Source: Octopus bimaculoides (lineage: Eukaryota). Taken from it: a stretch of 56,710 nt of DNA. The DNA lies in the NCBI RefSeq assembly GCF_001194135.2, contig NC_068992.1, forward strand, positions 15,185,096 through 15,241,805, given 5' to 3'. The notes under the pieces are model-generated. The model did not search any database, was not told where the DNA came from, and worked only from the letters and a program-made list of their open reading frames with translations. A program made the translations under genes and the position numbers. Positions 35,951-50,150 of the stretch are shown piece by piece (position 1 is the first letter of the stretch; the number at the start of each line of letters is the position of its first letter).

Positions 35951-37671
35951 GTTGTTGTAGTAGTAGTAATAGTAGGAGCAGCAGCANNNNNNNNNNGGAG
36001 GAGGAGGAGAGGTGGTGGTTTTGTTGTTGGTGGTAGTGGTGGTTTCGGTAGTGATTGCAGAAGTCTTGGCACGGCATGCTAGTAGCATCGGTTTTGATCA
36101 TGCTTCTTGTAGTAACAGTAGCAGCAGTAGTAGTAGTAGTAGTAATGGTAGTAGTAGTAGGAGGAGGAGTAGGAGTAGTAGTAGTCGTTACACGAACGAA
36201 ACGCTACTTGCAACCTGAACAAGAGATTCCGAAGAATCGAAGAATTCAAAGACACACCTCTTCTGTGATCGTTATGAGAATTGCATCATGACCTATTGTA
36301 AGGTTATACGAGGAATGACGCTGGATTTTAGTCAAGTCATGCTTAATCGTTTTTGCAAGGTATATAATTAAAATAAGGAAAAAAAAAACAGGAACCGTTT
36401 CCATTTGAATAGTATTGTTTAACTACCTTTCATTAATTCTAACTTATTTTTCATTGAATTACAGTTACTGAAATTGTTGTTGTTACCGCTATTGTTGTGA
36501 TTGTTGTTGTTGTTGTTACCGCTATTGTTGTGATTGTTGTTGTTGTTGTTGTATTCTGTGTAACAATTATCATACTTTTCGTGCCATGTTCTTTAATTTA
36601 TTTTTTTAGTGTTTTTGTTTCACCATTTGCGTTTACTTAATCGCTTTACTTCGTCACAAAAGTAATTTCCTTTACCAATCAATGCTTAATTATATCTTTC
36701 TGAAAAGTGGCATTTGGGGAGAGAGGTGGGAGGAGAACCTGTCTGAGGTTTAGTTTGTTTTCTTTCTTTTTTTTTTTTTTTTGCTTGGTTATCAATCTAT
36801 CTACTACCTACCTAGCCGCCTACCTACCTACCTATCTATCTATCTATCTATCTATCTATCTGACTGTCTATCTATCTATTTTTCTGTGTGTGCATATGTG
36901 TGTGTATATATATTAGTGACAAGATATTTCAATTTCCAATGTTTTGTCAAATCGCGAACAATATGTAGAAATGTGTTTGTCTCATGAGGTCTTATGTGAC
37001 AAAATATATAAACTAATTAAATATTCATTCAATACGGTTCTTAGATATAAGGTTTTTGTGTTCTTTATCGTTTATAAATTTATCCAGTTTTAACTCCAAC
37101 TTTGTTTGGCACATGAATTTATTTCCTTTTAAATCAAACATAGAATTTAAACACCAATTCCATCGATTTCATTCCATCGATTAGATTTAGTGCATGTGTA
37201 AGGCTGTTTACACAGAGAAAGAAATTCATCACACTCGATCATTTTTATGCCCTGCTAAACCAGTAAGAAGGAAAGGCGGAGAAAAGAAAGATGGAAGAAA
37301 AGAATGAAAGAAGGTATCTTCTGGTTTTAGGCCTGGTCCGAATGCTTGTAATACAGTGGATACCTCTAAAGTTATAAAATTGTAAAGTTAGTGATGTGAA
37401 ACTAACGTTTACCTTCTTGAACGTCTCTGCTCTTCTTCCTTTCTGGTATTGGTTTGCCAAGTTTCAAGACAAACAATAATGACATCATTCTCATCAATCT
37501 TGGACGTAATTTTAACTCTTTTATTTTTCCGAAAGAAATATACAGCGATGAAGTCTAGAAAGGGATTAGCTCCATCAGGTTTTGACGCCAAAGACACCGT
37601 ATGTCACGACAGAGCTGCTACGATTTCCTAAGAGTGGGTAGTGTTCATTTCCCAGACAGTAATTAGGTGTA

Positions 37672-38072
37672 TGTGGAGGCGCAATGGCCCAGTGGTTAGG
37701 GTAGCGGACTCGCGGTCATAGGATCGCGGTTTCGATTCCCAGACGGGCGTTGTGAGTGTTTATTGAACAAAAACACCTAAAGCTCCATGAGGCTTCGGCA
37801 GGGGATGGTGGTGAACCCAGCTGTACTCTTTCACCACAACTTTCTCTCACTCTTACTCCCTGTTTCTGTTGTGCCTGTAATTCAAAGGGCCAGGCTTGTC
37901 ACACTGTGTCACGCTGAATATCCCCAAGAACTACGTTAAGGGTACACGTGTCTGTGGAGTGCTCGCTCAGCCACCTGCACGTTAATTTCACGGGCAGGCT
38001 GTTCCGTTGATCAGATCAACTGGAACCCTCGACGTTGGAATCGACAGAGTGCCAACAACAACAACAACAAAA
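37672..38072 (+). mobile_element. tRNA-derived SINE family B, full length with TSD
   Basis: A box tggcccagtgg, B box ggtttcgattccc, (CAA)n tail, and 11-bp TSD aattaggtgta at 37661-37671 and 38073-38083. Confidence 0.95.
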
Positions 38073-38530
38073 AATTAGGTGTACATTGACATTTGGCAGG
38101 TTTTTCTCATTCTATCGATAGAGAATAGATTTGGCGATTATAAAGTCATTTCTCAGGATCATAATGACTCTAACAGAATGCAATGAACGTTAAAATGTTA
38201 CTTGAGGAAAATCATATTAATTTAATGATATCGCAAGCAAAGACAGCAGATCTGAGAAAGGACTGAAATTGTATGGTGGATATTTAAAAATAATGCTCCA
38301 TTCTGTCAACAACTATTCGAGAAATTTGGAACATTTTGATGGGGGTTACTGTTCTTATAACTGAAAACCTTTCCTCAAAGTATTCACATCGCCATAAAAG
38401 CCCGAGGAAGAATAACGAAGAAGCAATTAAGAACCTTGTTTTTATTATTGATTCCATCATTTTTTCTCAGCATTGAATGATTTCATAGTTTTCCTTTCGA
38501 CTTGATCTTAAGAAAATATGCTATTAACTA

Positions 38531-38940
38531 GGCGCAGGAGTGGCTGTGTGGTAAGTAGCTTGCTTACCAACCACATGGTTCCGGGTTCATTCCCACTGCG
38601 TGGCACCTTGGGCAAGTGTCTTCTACTATAGCCTCGGGCCGACCAAAGCCTTGTGAGTGAATTTGGTAGACAGAAACTGAAAGAAGCCTGTCGTATATAT
38701 GCATATATATATGTATGTGTGTGTATGTGAGTCTGTGTCTGTCCCCGCCAACATCGCCTGACAACCGATGGTGGTGGGTTTACTACGTTCCCGTAACTTA
38801 GCGGTTCGGCAAAAGGGACTGATAGAATAAGTACTAGACATCCAAATAATAAGTCCTGGGGTCGATTTGCTCGACTAAAGGTGGTGCTCCAGCACGGCCA
38901 CAGTCAAATGACTGAAACAAGTAAAAGAGTAAAAGAGTAA
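38531..38940 (+). mobile_element. tRNA-derived SINE family A, full length
   Basis: A box tggctgtgtgg, B box gggttcattccc, CORE-like accttgggcaagtgtc, internal (TA/TG)n and a (GTAAAAGA)n tail. Confidence 0.95.
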
Positions 38941-39777
38941 CTAAATTAATTGAAATAATTTGTTCACGTAGCCAGAACCTTCAGCTATTAAATAAAACTT
39001 CTTTTATGCCTTATCTGTGATATGTTTCCTCCTCTATCGAGTAAATAAACCAGAGCGAACCAGCTACAAAAGTCGTTATTCTATAATTACGACACGCAGT
39101 TCTAGTTTCGTTGAATCGATTGATATAAAACACAATATACAAGAAACCAATTCAAATTAGCTTTTATCATTATTAGTTACGCAATATAGATTCCTGCGTT
39201 CTTTGGGGAATTTCTGACTGTTGAATGAGGACTAGTATTCTTTGAATTCTCAGAGCTGAGTTTCAGTAAACGAGGACTACATCTGCGTAGTTACTTCTCC
39301 TGCTAGAAACAGCAGCAAAATCCTTCTCTGGAATTAACATCAGCAACAACAATCGCATCAGCTCCATTAGAGTGTGTAGCTTCCTAATGGAATGGTTAAA
39401 AACAGCTGACTTGTTGACAAGTTACATAAAAGCGTGATTTTTCACTGTGATCTTTGCAACCGCAGTTTCAAGGGACTCGCTATTAACGAAACGTATTGGA
39501 TTCTTACTCTCAGGTTTTTATTGTGCTTTAGAACTCAGAATTTATTTTACAATATTGTCATATTGGTCAGATGTAAACCACGTAATGTTATTGATAAAAT
39601 ATTCAATAGAAATATTGACACATATAAAGAATTTAAGATCAACGCATATTGAATCAACATACATAAATATATATAAATGCATAAAAAGACATACAAGAAT
39701 GCCTAGATTATATACGTGTGATTGTGTATGTTTGTGCGCCTGCGTGTGTATTGTGTGTGTATGTATGTATATATGTA

Positions 39778-39823
<46 letters not shown>

Positions 39824-40828
39824 CATATACATACATACATATATATATATATATANNNNNNNNNNNNNNNNNNNNNNNNNNNNNNNNNNNNNNNNNNNNN
39901 NNNNNNNNNNNNNNNNNNNNNNNNNNNNNNNNNNNNNNNNNNNNNNNNNNNNNNNNNNNNNNNNNNNNNNNNNNNNNNNNNNNNNNNNNNNNNNNNNNNN
40001 NNNNNNNNNNNNNNNNNNNNNNNNNNNNNNNNNNNNNNNNNNNNNNNNNNNNNNNNNNNNNNNNNNNNNNNNNNNNNNNNNTATATGTATATAAGTATGT
40101 ATGTATGTATGCATATGTATAAGTATAACGTTACATGTTTTCTGACAAATTGTTGAACTGCAGAGAATTTTGGGTTAAAAGGAATTTTCTGTTTTCCGCT
40201 TGGAGTTGTAGAAACGAGGAAACCGACTCTTTATTTTAAGCAGAGAGTATGGTATATAGCAAAATATACCATCACTATTCATAGGTAAGCATAAAATATA
40301 ACCATAAATAAATTTAGTATTTGCAGTGAAAGAATCAAGAGATGTATCGATAGTATACAATATACAAAGAAACAATTTCAATATTTATATATGGTATTTA
40401 TTTGGAATTTTATCAATGTTGCGTTTGTGAAAACGAGTCTATCGCAGGTCGAGATATAAAATACAAACTAAATCGTTTTTGGATGATATCAAATGTTCTT
40501 TTTTGATTGAAATTCTACTGAACGTGAATTATGTACATCGGTACATGCATATACACACAGACACAGACACACACACAATTTTGTTGACTGTGTCGTTGAC
40601 GTTTCGCCGGGAATGTCATCGTTAGATTGCATCAAATACTCTGCTTGTGTCGTTTGTCTAGACTCTTCTTCTTCTTCTCCTCCTCCTCTTCATCCTTCTC
40701 CTCCTTCTTCATGCACTTCCTGCTCCTAATTTTCATCGCGTTAATATCTTTTTTGTTTTTCTCCTCGTTCTTTTTTTTTCACTTGAATTCAATCTTTCAT
40801 CCTCCGCTTACTACTACTACTACTACTG

Positions 40829-40922
40829 TGTTGGCACTCCGTCGCTTACGACGTCGAGGGTTCCAGTTGATCCGATCAACGGCACAGCCCCAATACGTAA
40901 CTGGTACATATTTAGCGACACC
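40829..40922 (-). mobile_element. 3' tip of SINE family B/C joined to a family E fragment
   Basis: ttggcactccgtcgcttacgacgtcgagggttccagttgatccg, then ccccaatacgtaactggtac. Confidence 0.7.
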
Positions 40923-41221
40923 AAAATAATTCACAGGAAAGCCATCCTATGAATTAACAATGTAAAACGGGACATAACTAAATACTATGAGACATTTTGT
41001 CCGATACTATATTAAAATATACGCGTCTTAAAATATAATGTACATATACAGAGAGAAGGACCATAACCCTGTGTGTGTGTATGTGTGTGTATTTGTGTGT
41101 GTGTGTGTGTGCGTGCGTGTGTGTCTGTGTCTGTGTGAGTGTGTGTGTGTGTGTGTGTGTGCTCTTTTGATGTATCAAAATATTTCTTCATGTTCCACGC
41201 GCGATTCGGAAGTAATTATAT

Positions 41222-41255
<34 letters not shown>

Positions 41256-42840
41256 TGTGTGTGTACACAATTATATTTAACACGTTCATGTACTCTCGCA
41301 CATGAGAAAACCTTTCCCTGTGGAAATACCCACAAGAATAGAATATCTTCGCGTTCGAAATATGAATGGCCACACATATTTCATATAACACTGTTTTGTG
41401 CACTTCTGGCTACATAATTTCAGCTTGAACAATCTTAGCACATAAAAGCTATATGCTATTTGCTGTTGTTATATATATATATAGTGTATATATGAACAGC
41501 TTTGGTTACAGGGCTGTGAGGGATTGATTCTGTTTTTGTAGCGAATGAAGCGTTACGACGACAAAAACGCTTGCGTTACCCGTTCCGAAAACACCATTCA
41601 TAGCTCAATGATATGCTTTCACACATATTGTTTCCATACACTTTCTATTGACCTCTCTATAGGAAACCGGTTGTTAAAATCAACTTTGAAATACTTTATT
41701 TTATGTGCGTATGTGTGTCTATGTAAGTATTTATAAATGTGTGTGGATGTAGACACATATATCTAATATATATGAATACATGAATATACGTGTACACACA
41801 AACACACACACACACGTATTCCTGNNNNNNNNNNNNNNNNNNNNNNNNNNNNNNNNNNNNNNNNNNNNNNNNNNNNNNNNNNNNNNNNNNNNNNNNNNNN
41901 NNNNNNNNNNNNNNNNNNNNNNNNTATATATATATATATATGCACATATATGTATGTGTGTATTTATACACACATACACGCACATACGCACACACATATA
42001 TATATACACACAAACACACGTACATGTATCACATTAGTTTTGAAGTAGCTGATCAGAGTAAATAACAAACGAATTTCGTCTGGTTCTAATGCGTTGACTA
42101 GGTTTGATAGTGCTCAGAACATTTACTACAAATCTGATTAAGGATATCTTTATCACGTATAGCAATGAAAGAACTTCCAAAGCGTGCATAGGTGTTACTG
42201 TACCTTGTGTGTTTGTATCGATTTGCGTAGGTGCATTGGTAACTGTGATGCTCGTGTGGTACGATAGGTGTGTCTTTGTGCGGTTCTTATTTTATTTGTT
42301 GTGTATATATGTGTGAGTATATGCGTGAGTGAGTGCGTGTGTTGGAATATTCTGGTACGTATTGTATGACAAAAGTGTCTTCTAGATAAGCTAAGAAGTG
42401 TTTGCATGCACGCATACACTCACCAGCATACACACACAAACACGCACATACGAATGCATGTATATGTCTGTTACAAAGCATGGGGAATACACCATTGTGT
42501 ATTTACAAATACACATACATACACACATACAAATATCATACATTACATTTATAAACCTGATACGTACTTATATAAACATATGTATCATATCTAAATAGCT
42601 AATGTATAACTATTTGTATATATATATATATATATATATATACAAAATATCTATACATAACATATATAAATGATACATATGTATAGATGTATATATATAC
42701 ATATATTTACAAATATATAAAGTTGCATATGTAAATATGATACATATATATATATATATATATATATGTACATATATGCATGTAGTTATATATAAATGCA
42801 CATGTACGTATACACACACGCACGCAAGCACACACACATT

Positions 42841-42894
<54 letters not shown>

Positions 42895-43362
42895 TGTATG
42901 TATGTATGTATGTATGTATGTATCTCATTATATAGGAATAGAAAAAAAGTGGAAGAGACAAGATTGATGACTATGCATTAATAAATGCGATACCAACAAA
43001 GCATTGATATAAATGCATTTGTATATACTGAAGTCATATGTGAGTTAGATGTTTATATTGTCTACTTGTGTTCAATACACGAGTTCTGGTTGCAAAGATG
43101 CATATTAAATAATGCCTTATGTACATATCTTATAAACATGTCTTCTATATGCATATGTAATAATAACCAAACGACTCCATTTTCATTTATTCAGATACAG
43201 ACAGTGTGCCGTTAACTAGCTAGAGGAGATGTCTTCCTGGGGCTAGAAACAACAGTAACATCGTCCTCTATGGGACTACCATATTTAATTGGCAAATATA
43301 TTTTACGATATATATATATATGCGTGTGTGTGTGTGTGTGTGTGTGTGTCTGTGTGTGTGTG

Positions 43363-43403
<41 letters not shown>

Positions 43404-45701
43404 GTGTACATAAACCACACACACACCACATATATTCTGCGACCAGCGAAGATCGTAGAATCACAAAATGTGAACATGCCGTGGATTTTAAATGTTTTAA
43501 AATGTTCCTAGTACTGTGGTTCTTGTATTCATCTGAAGAAAACAGTTATTTATAATGATATAATGTACCTATTAATCAATTAAAAGATTCGTTGGAAACA
43601 GCTGTAATGAATCGACACCTATCCATCGTTTGTTATATATAAGTATATGCATGTGAAAATATACACACACATATATATATTGCTGTTTTTTTTATTTGTA
43701 ATGTGATTGATAGAATTGCATTGTAAAAGTCAGCCGCTGAGAAATAGTGTGTTCTCGCTGAAGAGAATTGTAGAGAGGGTCTTAACATGGATTGAGATAC
43801 AAATTTAATATGAATCTTGTTAGCCTTACCAAACAATAACCAGATTGCTTATGATTAAGAATCTGGTTGTATATTTCTACATTAAACAAGAATCATCAAA
43901 CATAACCCTGACAGATATTGCTAAGATGTAAAAAAAAGAAGAAAAACAAGGGATTGCTTTCTAATATCAAGAGATTACAAATAGTAATCATATGCATTAC
44001 AAGGAGCCTTAATTTAGTATTAGAACTTTATATATAAGTAGAGTTCAAAGTATGTTTTCTGTTAATAACAGTGTAATATTGACAAATAAGTGTTGCTTTT
44101 ACCCTATTATTCAGAAGGAGAAAATGCCGCGTTAGTTATAATGGTATGTCAATTATATGTAAGTAGAAAAATTTAATTTTATGTTTGTGCTCTCAAGATA
44201 TAGATAATGATATTTCTAAGTATTCATTAGATGTGGATTAAAACTGTGGTTTGAAGAGATGAATGACAGTATGTTAATGTTGTGCTTTTTCGATCTGGTT
44301 ATTCATATGTGCAGTTTTAACTAAACGAAAATCTTTTCCTGCATAATTTGAAATGTGAAATACAGATAGTGAATACCGAAAGCGGATAAGTAATAGTGAT
44401 TCAAGGAACCAATGTAACTGTATGTAACATATATTTGTTCTTTAATTCAATGTAAACGGACCGGAAGATAAATTTAGCATCTCCTCTGGGAGAGCCTTAT
44501 TAGAATTACGATTAACATAATGAAATTAATAATTATTATCAAAAATCAAATAAATAACAAATCTATACAGTACATTTTATATGCTGCTAGTAAATAACAT
44601 ATGCAGATATTTCGGTATAAAAACGCCTTATTCATAGCTATAATGACAAGCATTTATAAGGAATCAATATAAATTATGGTAAGGTTGTTTCATATAAAAT
44701 TTGTTAGCCATGGAATCTTTCGTGGTATGAAATTATTTCATCAAGTTCCAATACAAAGCATTCAGTGTTACTTCGGAGATCCTGTGTAAAGTTACCAACT
44801 ATTATGGTAAAGTTTTCTTACAATTGTGCCTCTGTTTTCTTTACAACATTCTCCTCTTCTTTTGCTGTGTGTTAGTATTGGTTTGTTGTCTCTTTATCTG
44901 TTTCGTTTTTAAAATAGTAATTGTTTGTCTTCTGGTTCAACATTTTCGACCTCTCTCCCCATCTGTCTAAATTTTCCAACGACCGGTCAAGTCCTAAACA
45001 TTGTAAATGAATTTACTATAAATGTGTGAATTATGAAATGTATTGTGGATCGTTTTGTACGTTGAATTGTTTTTCAGTATCTTAATAAAGAGTTTATTAA
45101 TTTCAAGTACAATATTTACTTATTAGTCATTGATTGGAATATATGACAAGGAAAGAAGAAAATGAAGTCCTAAAGGAACAATCACCGTTACCTTATGAAG
45201 AAAATAAAAGCGAAATAGAAATAGAGAAACTGGAGTGAATACAAGAAGAAAAATTAAGATAGATCATTATCGTAACACAGAAACAATGTTTGAAGGAGAA
45301 AGAAAGAAAAAGCGAGAGGGAAACGTAAATAGGGGGTAGACGGAAAGAGACAGTAGTACGAAAACTTTTCCATAAATACGAAAATGGAGATTTTAGATAA
45401 AATGGACGAAGTTGTTGCCCGGTGAAAGTTAATTCTTTGGACGACGGTCTGGTTAGATATTTTCATATCACGAAAGCAACATGTAAGAAAGACGCCATAA
45501 TTCACCGGCAGAATCTAAATAATACGACCCGCTGTTTATTGTTGTTGTTTGTCTTCCCAATGATTATTATGCATGCTTCCTATGTATGTGTAATGCACGC
45601 GCGCGCGCACACACAAACACACGCATGCGCAAATCTGTTAGCTTGTGAGTTATTTTAATTAGGGAACGTTTTATATAGCTTTGTTATTATCATTATTAAT
45701 T

Positions 45702-45905
45702 AAAGCGGCGAGCTGACAGGACTGTAAGCACGTCAGACAAAATACTTACCGGTATAATTTTCCGTCGATTCGTCCTGAGTTCAAATTCCACCGAGGTCAA
45801 CTTTACCTTTCAATAAAACAAGTACCATTCAAATACTGGGGCCGATGAAATCAACTCTCCGTTTCCCTTCAAAAACTGCTAGCTCTGTACCAAAAAGTGA
45901 AATCA
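45702..45905 (+). mobile_element. SINE family E monomer
   Basis: gcggcgagctgacagg head, gagttcaaattcc B box, gaggtcaactttacctttc. Confidence 0.85.
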
Positions 45906-45910
45906 TTAAT

Positions 45911-46342
45911 ATTCTTTCTACTCTAGGCACAAGGCCCAAAATTTTGGGGGAGGGGACGAGTTGATTAGATCGACCTCAGTATACAACTGGTACTTAATTT
46001 AACGACCCCGAAAGGATGAAAGGCAAAAGTCAACCTCGGCGAAATTTGAACACAGGACATAAAGACAGAAGAAATACAACCAAGCATTTCTCCCGGCGTG
46101 CTAACGTTTCTTATTTCTTTATCGCCCATAAGGGGCTAAACATAGAGGGGACAGACAAGGACAGACAAAAGGATTAAGTCGATTACATCAACCCCAGTGC
46201 GTAGCTGGTACTTAATTTATCCACCCCGAAAGGATGAAAGGCAAAGTCAACCTCGGCGAAATTTGAACTCAGAACATAAAGACAGAAGAAATACCGCCAA
46301 GCATTTCGGCCGGCGTAATAACGTTTCTGCTAACTCGCTGCC
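45911..46342 (-). mobile_element. Dimeric SINE family E (two monomers plus linker)
   Basis: Monomers at 45911-46110 and 46171-46342 joined by the linker ttatttctttatcgcccataaggggctaaacatagaggggacagacaaggacagacaaaa. Confidence 0.9.
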
Positions 46343-46679
46343 ATAACCGTTATTAATATTGATGTAATACTAAGTTGTAGAATATTCAGTACAGTTGAAC
46401 TAGAACAAAGAAATAGTTATTTTTATCTATTCAAACACTTTCGATGCAGTAAAATATCATCTAGAATAGGACTGAATTTGTAAATAAGACAGAAAGTAAT
46501 TTAAGATGGCTAAAAGCAAGAAACATACAAGTATGAAATATAAGGTATAGAATTTAAAGGATAAAGGTTATGCATTTGATCGTCACACCCTGTCGTTAAA
46601 AGAAGACCTGTTCTCTTTCTAAAATGAGAAGATAAAAAACAGAAAAATGAGAGTGCAATAGTTTTGATTTCAAATTTTG

Positions 46680-47060
46680 GCTCAGTCCCAGCAATTCTAA
46701 GAGAGGGGTAAGTAGATTACATAGACCACAATGGCCATTTTATCGACCCCGAAAGGATAAAAGGCATGGTTGACCTGGGTGGAATTTGAACACAAAATAT
46801 AAAGAGAGCTAAGCATTTTGCTTGGCGTGTTAACGAATCTGCAAGTTCGTTGCCTTAAATGTACCAATAATATCGTTTTCAAATTTTCGTACAAGGCCAA
46901 CAATTTTGAGGAGGATGTAAGTCGATGAAATCGACCTCCAGTATTCAACTGGTACGTATTTTATCGACACTGAAAGGACTAAAGGTAAAGTCGATCCGGT
47001 CGGATTTCGAACTCGAGACGTAAAGACAGATAAAATGCACTAACGATTCTACCAACGCTC
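46680..47060 (-). mobile_element. Two degenerate family E monomers in tandem
   Basis: ttttatcgaccccgaaaggataaaaggc and tttatcgacactgaaaggactaaaggtaaagtcgat. Confidence 0.75.
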
Positions 47061-47485
47061 CATCTCCAAATCTTCCATCGATATTAATATTATGAATTTT
47101 TCAAGTAAATCTTGTAAGTAGCTTTGTCATTCTAAATATTAACGTTTATTTTTATGTTCATAATATATATATATATTCATTTATTACTCACATCTTGTCT
47201 ATATGTTAGAGTTCTTCTCACTCATTAATTTATCTGCACTTTTCTCTGAAGATATATGTACACACACACACACACACATATACGTGTGTGCGTGGGTGTT
47301 CAGATATTTTTCTCTTCTTTACTCATTATTCTAACGATTCCTAAGATCAAACGATAGAGCTTTCAAAAATAATTTAGTTTGCAGCTAAAATACAATTTTA
47401 TATGTAAATACAGTCTTCATAAACACACACACACACATACACACACACGCATACACATACAGACATGTATATATCTATACAGACA

Positions 47486-47538
<53 letters not shown>

Positions 47539-47599
47539 NNNNNNNNNNNNNNNNNNNNNNNNNNNNNNNNNNNNNNNNNNNNNNNNNNNNNNNNNNNNN

Positions 47600-47647
<48 letters not shown>

Positions 47648-47869
47648 TACACCTATATGTGCATATACATATATACATTTATATACATATATATATATAT
47701 ATATACATATGTGTATATATATATATATAAAGTATACATATGTATATATCTATATACATATATATGTATTGGCATTAATATTTATTATATATATATGTAT
47801 ACATATGCATAAATTTATACATACATATATATGTATAGACATTAATATATATATATAATTGTATGTACG

Positions 47870-47934
<65 letters not shown>

Positions 47935-49805
47935 NNNNNNNNNNNNNNNNNNNNNNNNNNNNNNNNNNNNNNNNNNNNNNNNNNNNNNNNNNNNNNNNNN
48001 NNNNNNNNNNNNNNNNNNNNNNNNNNNNNNNNNNNNNNNNNNNNNNNNNNNNNNNNNNNNNNNNNNNNNNNNNNNNNNNNNNNNNNNNNNNNNNNNNNNN
48101 NATTATTTTTTAAGACACACCTCAAGACATTTTCATACAAATATCAATATATGCAAAGAACAAAGCGCCAACATTTAAAATAAAAATGCCATAGACTACA
48201 CTTACAATTCAAATATATGCAGCAGGCAACATACACGCCGAAGAAAAACAATTTGCGATAAGAAATTAAAGCACGACAAATAGATGTGAACAAAACCCTG
48301 AAAGTTTGTGAAGGATTGTAACGATATGGGATAACAGTTCTTTACTTGCATGGAACAGCGTGTAATTCTGTCATCTGGAAAGAATCTGTAGAAGCCATGG
48401 CAAGAAACAATAAGCGTTTGCTGATCGTCTTTTAAATTTTTAATGCGGTTTCTCTTGTATTAAGAGTAAGGTAGAGCAAAACTGGAAATCGGTGTTCTAG
48501 TGTAAAGTCTTTCGCTTTTAACAATGCTTATAATGCTTGTTAGGGAGACGTAAATTTAAGTATGTGCCAACTCTAACCTCGTTTGCACAGGCGATATTTT
48601 CTTTCCCTACGTCTTTCTTCCTGTGTCTGTCTGTCTGTTTGACTTCTCTCAGTCGGTTTGTCTGTCTGTCTCTTGTACCACACAATCTCTCTTTCTCTCT
48701 CTCTCTCTTTCTTTTTCTCCCTCTCTCCACACGCATATACACATATACACACATGCACACACATATCTATGTATATGCACGTGTGAGAGACAGTATGTAG
48801 ATATACATAGCTATGTCCATATATTCAAACATACTTGTGTGTGTACATTCATATATTCGAATAATTTTAAAACAAGTAACTTTTGCTGAAGTTACTTTTC
48901 CTGAGTCTTCAGACATATATTTATCTCTAATATTACATATATGAAATAATAATATCTAGGGATGCGCAGCAGATAATAACATAGCAAATGAGAGGAAGAT
49001 GTTAGCAAAAGATTAGATGTAGAGAGTCTGGAATGACTAAAAGATTAAATTTTCGATGAATATAAGTAATTGTTAAATGATTGCAACAAATTAAAAACCA
49101 TGAGAAAAACTATCAAGACTGTCTAATGTAAGCGTGCAATAGTCATTTTCAGAGTGCCTCATTTAGAAAGGGAGATAATCGCTTGGATATATTTCCTACG
49201 CATTCTCCATATATATAGAAGATGTGAAACAATCTCATAGAAATAAAATATAGTCTCTGTGAGATATTCATAAACTGTCTCCTTATAGAAATCCTTAGAC
49301 CGAGCTATGGTAGATTTATATTCTTTCAATCAGACAGCATGATTCTCAATCACTATTGACTGGTTTGGTATATTTTATATTGTTTAGATAGAATATTTTT
49401 TAGATATTCTTTTGTACCAACAACTAGAAATAAACTTAGAAAGGTCAGAAAGCAGGAACGTTTCATAAATGTTAGAATTGTGAAGCATTCAATCGTATTT
49501 AAAAATTTATATCTTTCCATTATAATCGCTGACTGACTTAGAGGCATTGTTGTTCGAAACATAAAAAATAGCGGAATAAATCTCATTAAATATTTTAGCT
49601 ACTTGCTCTCAAATTCATTTCAGCCTGATCATAGAATAATTATAGAAATAGGAAATGGTGAATTATTAAAAGAAAATCCGAATAAATATCTGATTTTTTT
49701 AGAAATTCGTATCAAACACAAAGGAAAATAATCCTCAGCGATCTTTCCATGCGTTATATATATCATTATGAATCTCAAAATAACGTAATTGTTTTAATAT
49801 CTAAG

Positions 49806-49960
49806 GCAGTCATGGGCAATTTGCGGCCCACGCTATTTTCTGAGTGACAAACCCAATGAAAAGTTACCCTGGATATGTTAAGTTGAGTGGCTCGCTTGAT
49901 GATGAACCGTGTTTATTCATATCTAGCTAAAAATATATTGAACTTTTATCTAGTTTGATA
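49806..49960 (+). mobile_element. Possible hAT (Charlie-like) end fragment
   Basis: cagtcatgggcaatttgcggccc resembles Charlie-type termini. No partner TIR was found. Confidence 0.3.
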
Positions 49961-50110
49961 TTAGAGTACATTGCTAATCGATATTCAAACCTTTTTTAAA
50001 ACAGGTACCACTCAATTTTTGTAAGACGTTATCTTTTATTACATGTTGCTATGAAGATTTTCTGTCTCGTCTACCTTACATACAAAAGCATATCTATATA
50101 TGTGTGTAAA

Positions 50111-50149
<39 letters not shown>

Positions 50150-50150
<1 letters not shown>

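Noticed and set aside
37675-37745. tRNA-like heads with A/B boxes as possible tRNA genes (also 38531, 30570, 54894)
   Set aside because: They continue into multi-copy SINE bodies with tails and TSDs and lack a full cloverleaf.
40590-40625. gacgtttcgccgggaatgtcatcg, reverse hammerhead-like
   Set aside because: The core lacks U4, stem II does not pair, and stem III is mismatched.
43220-43270. 11-bp bulged inverted repeat (also an 8-bp one at about 45417-45512) as possible pre-miRNAs
   Set aside because: Stems are too short or discontinuous for a miRNA precursor.
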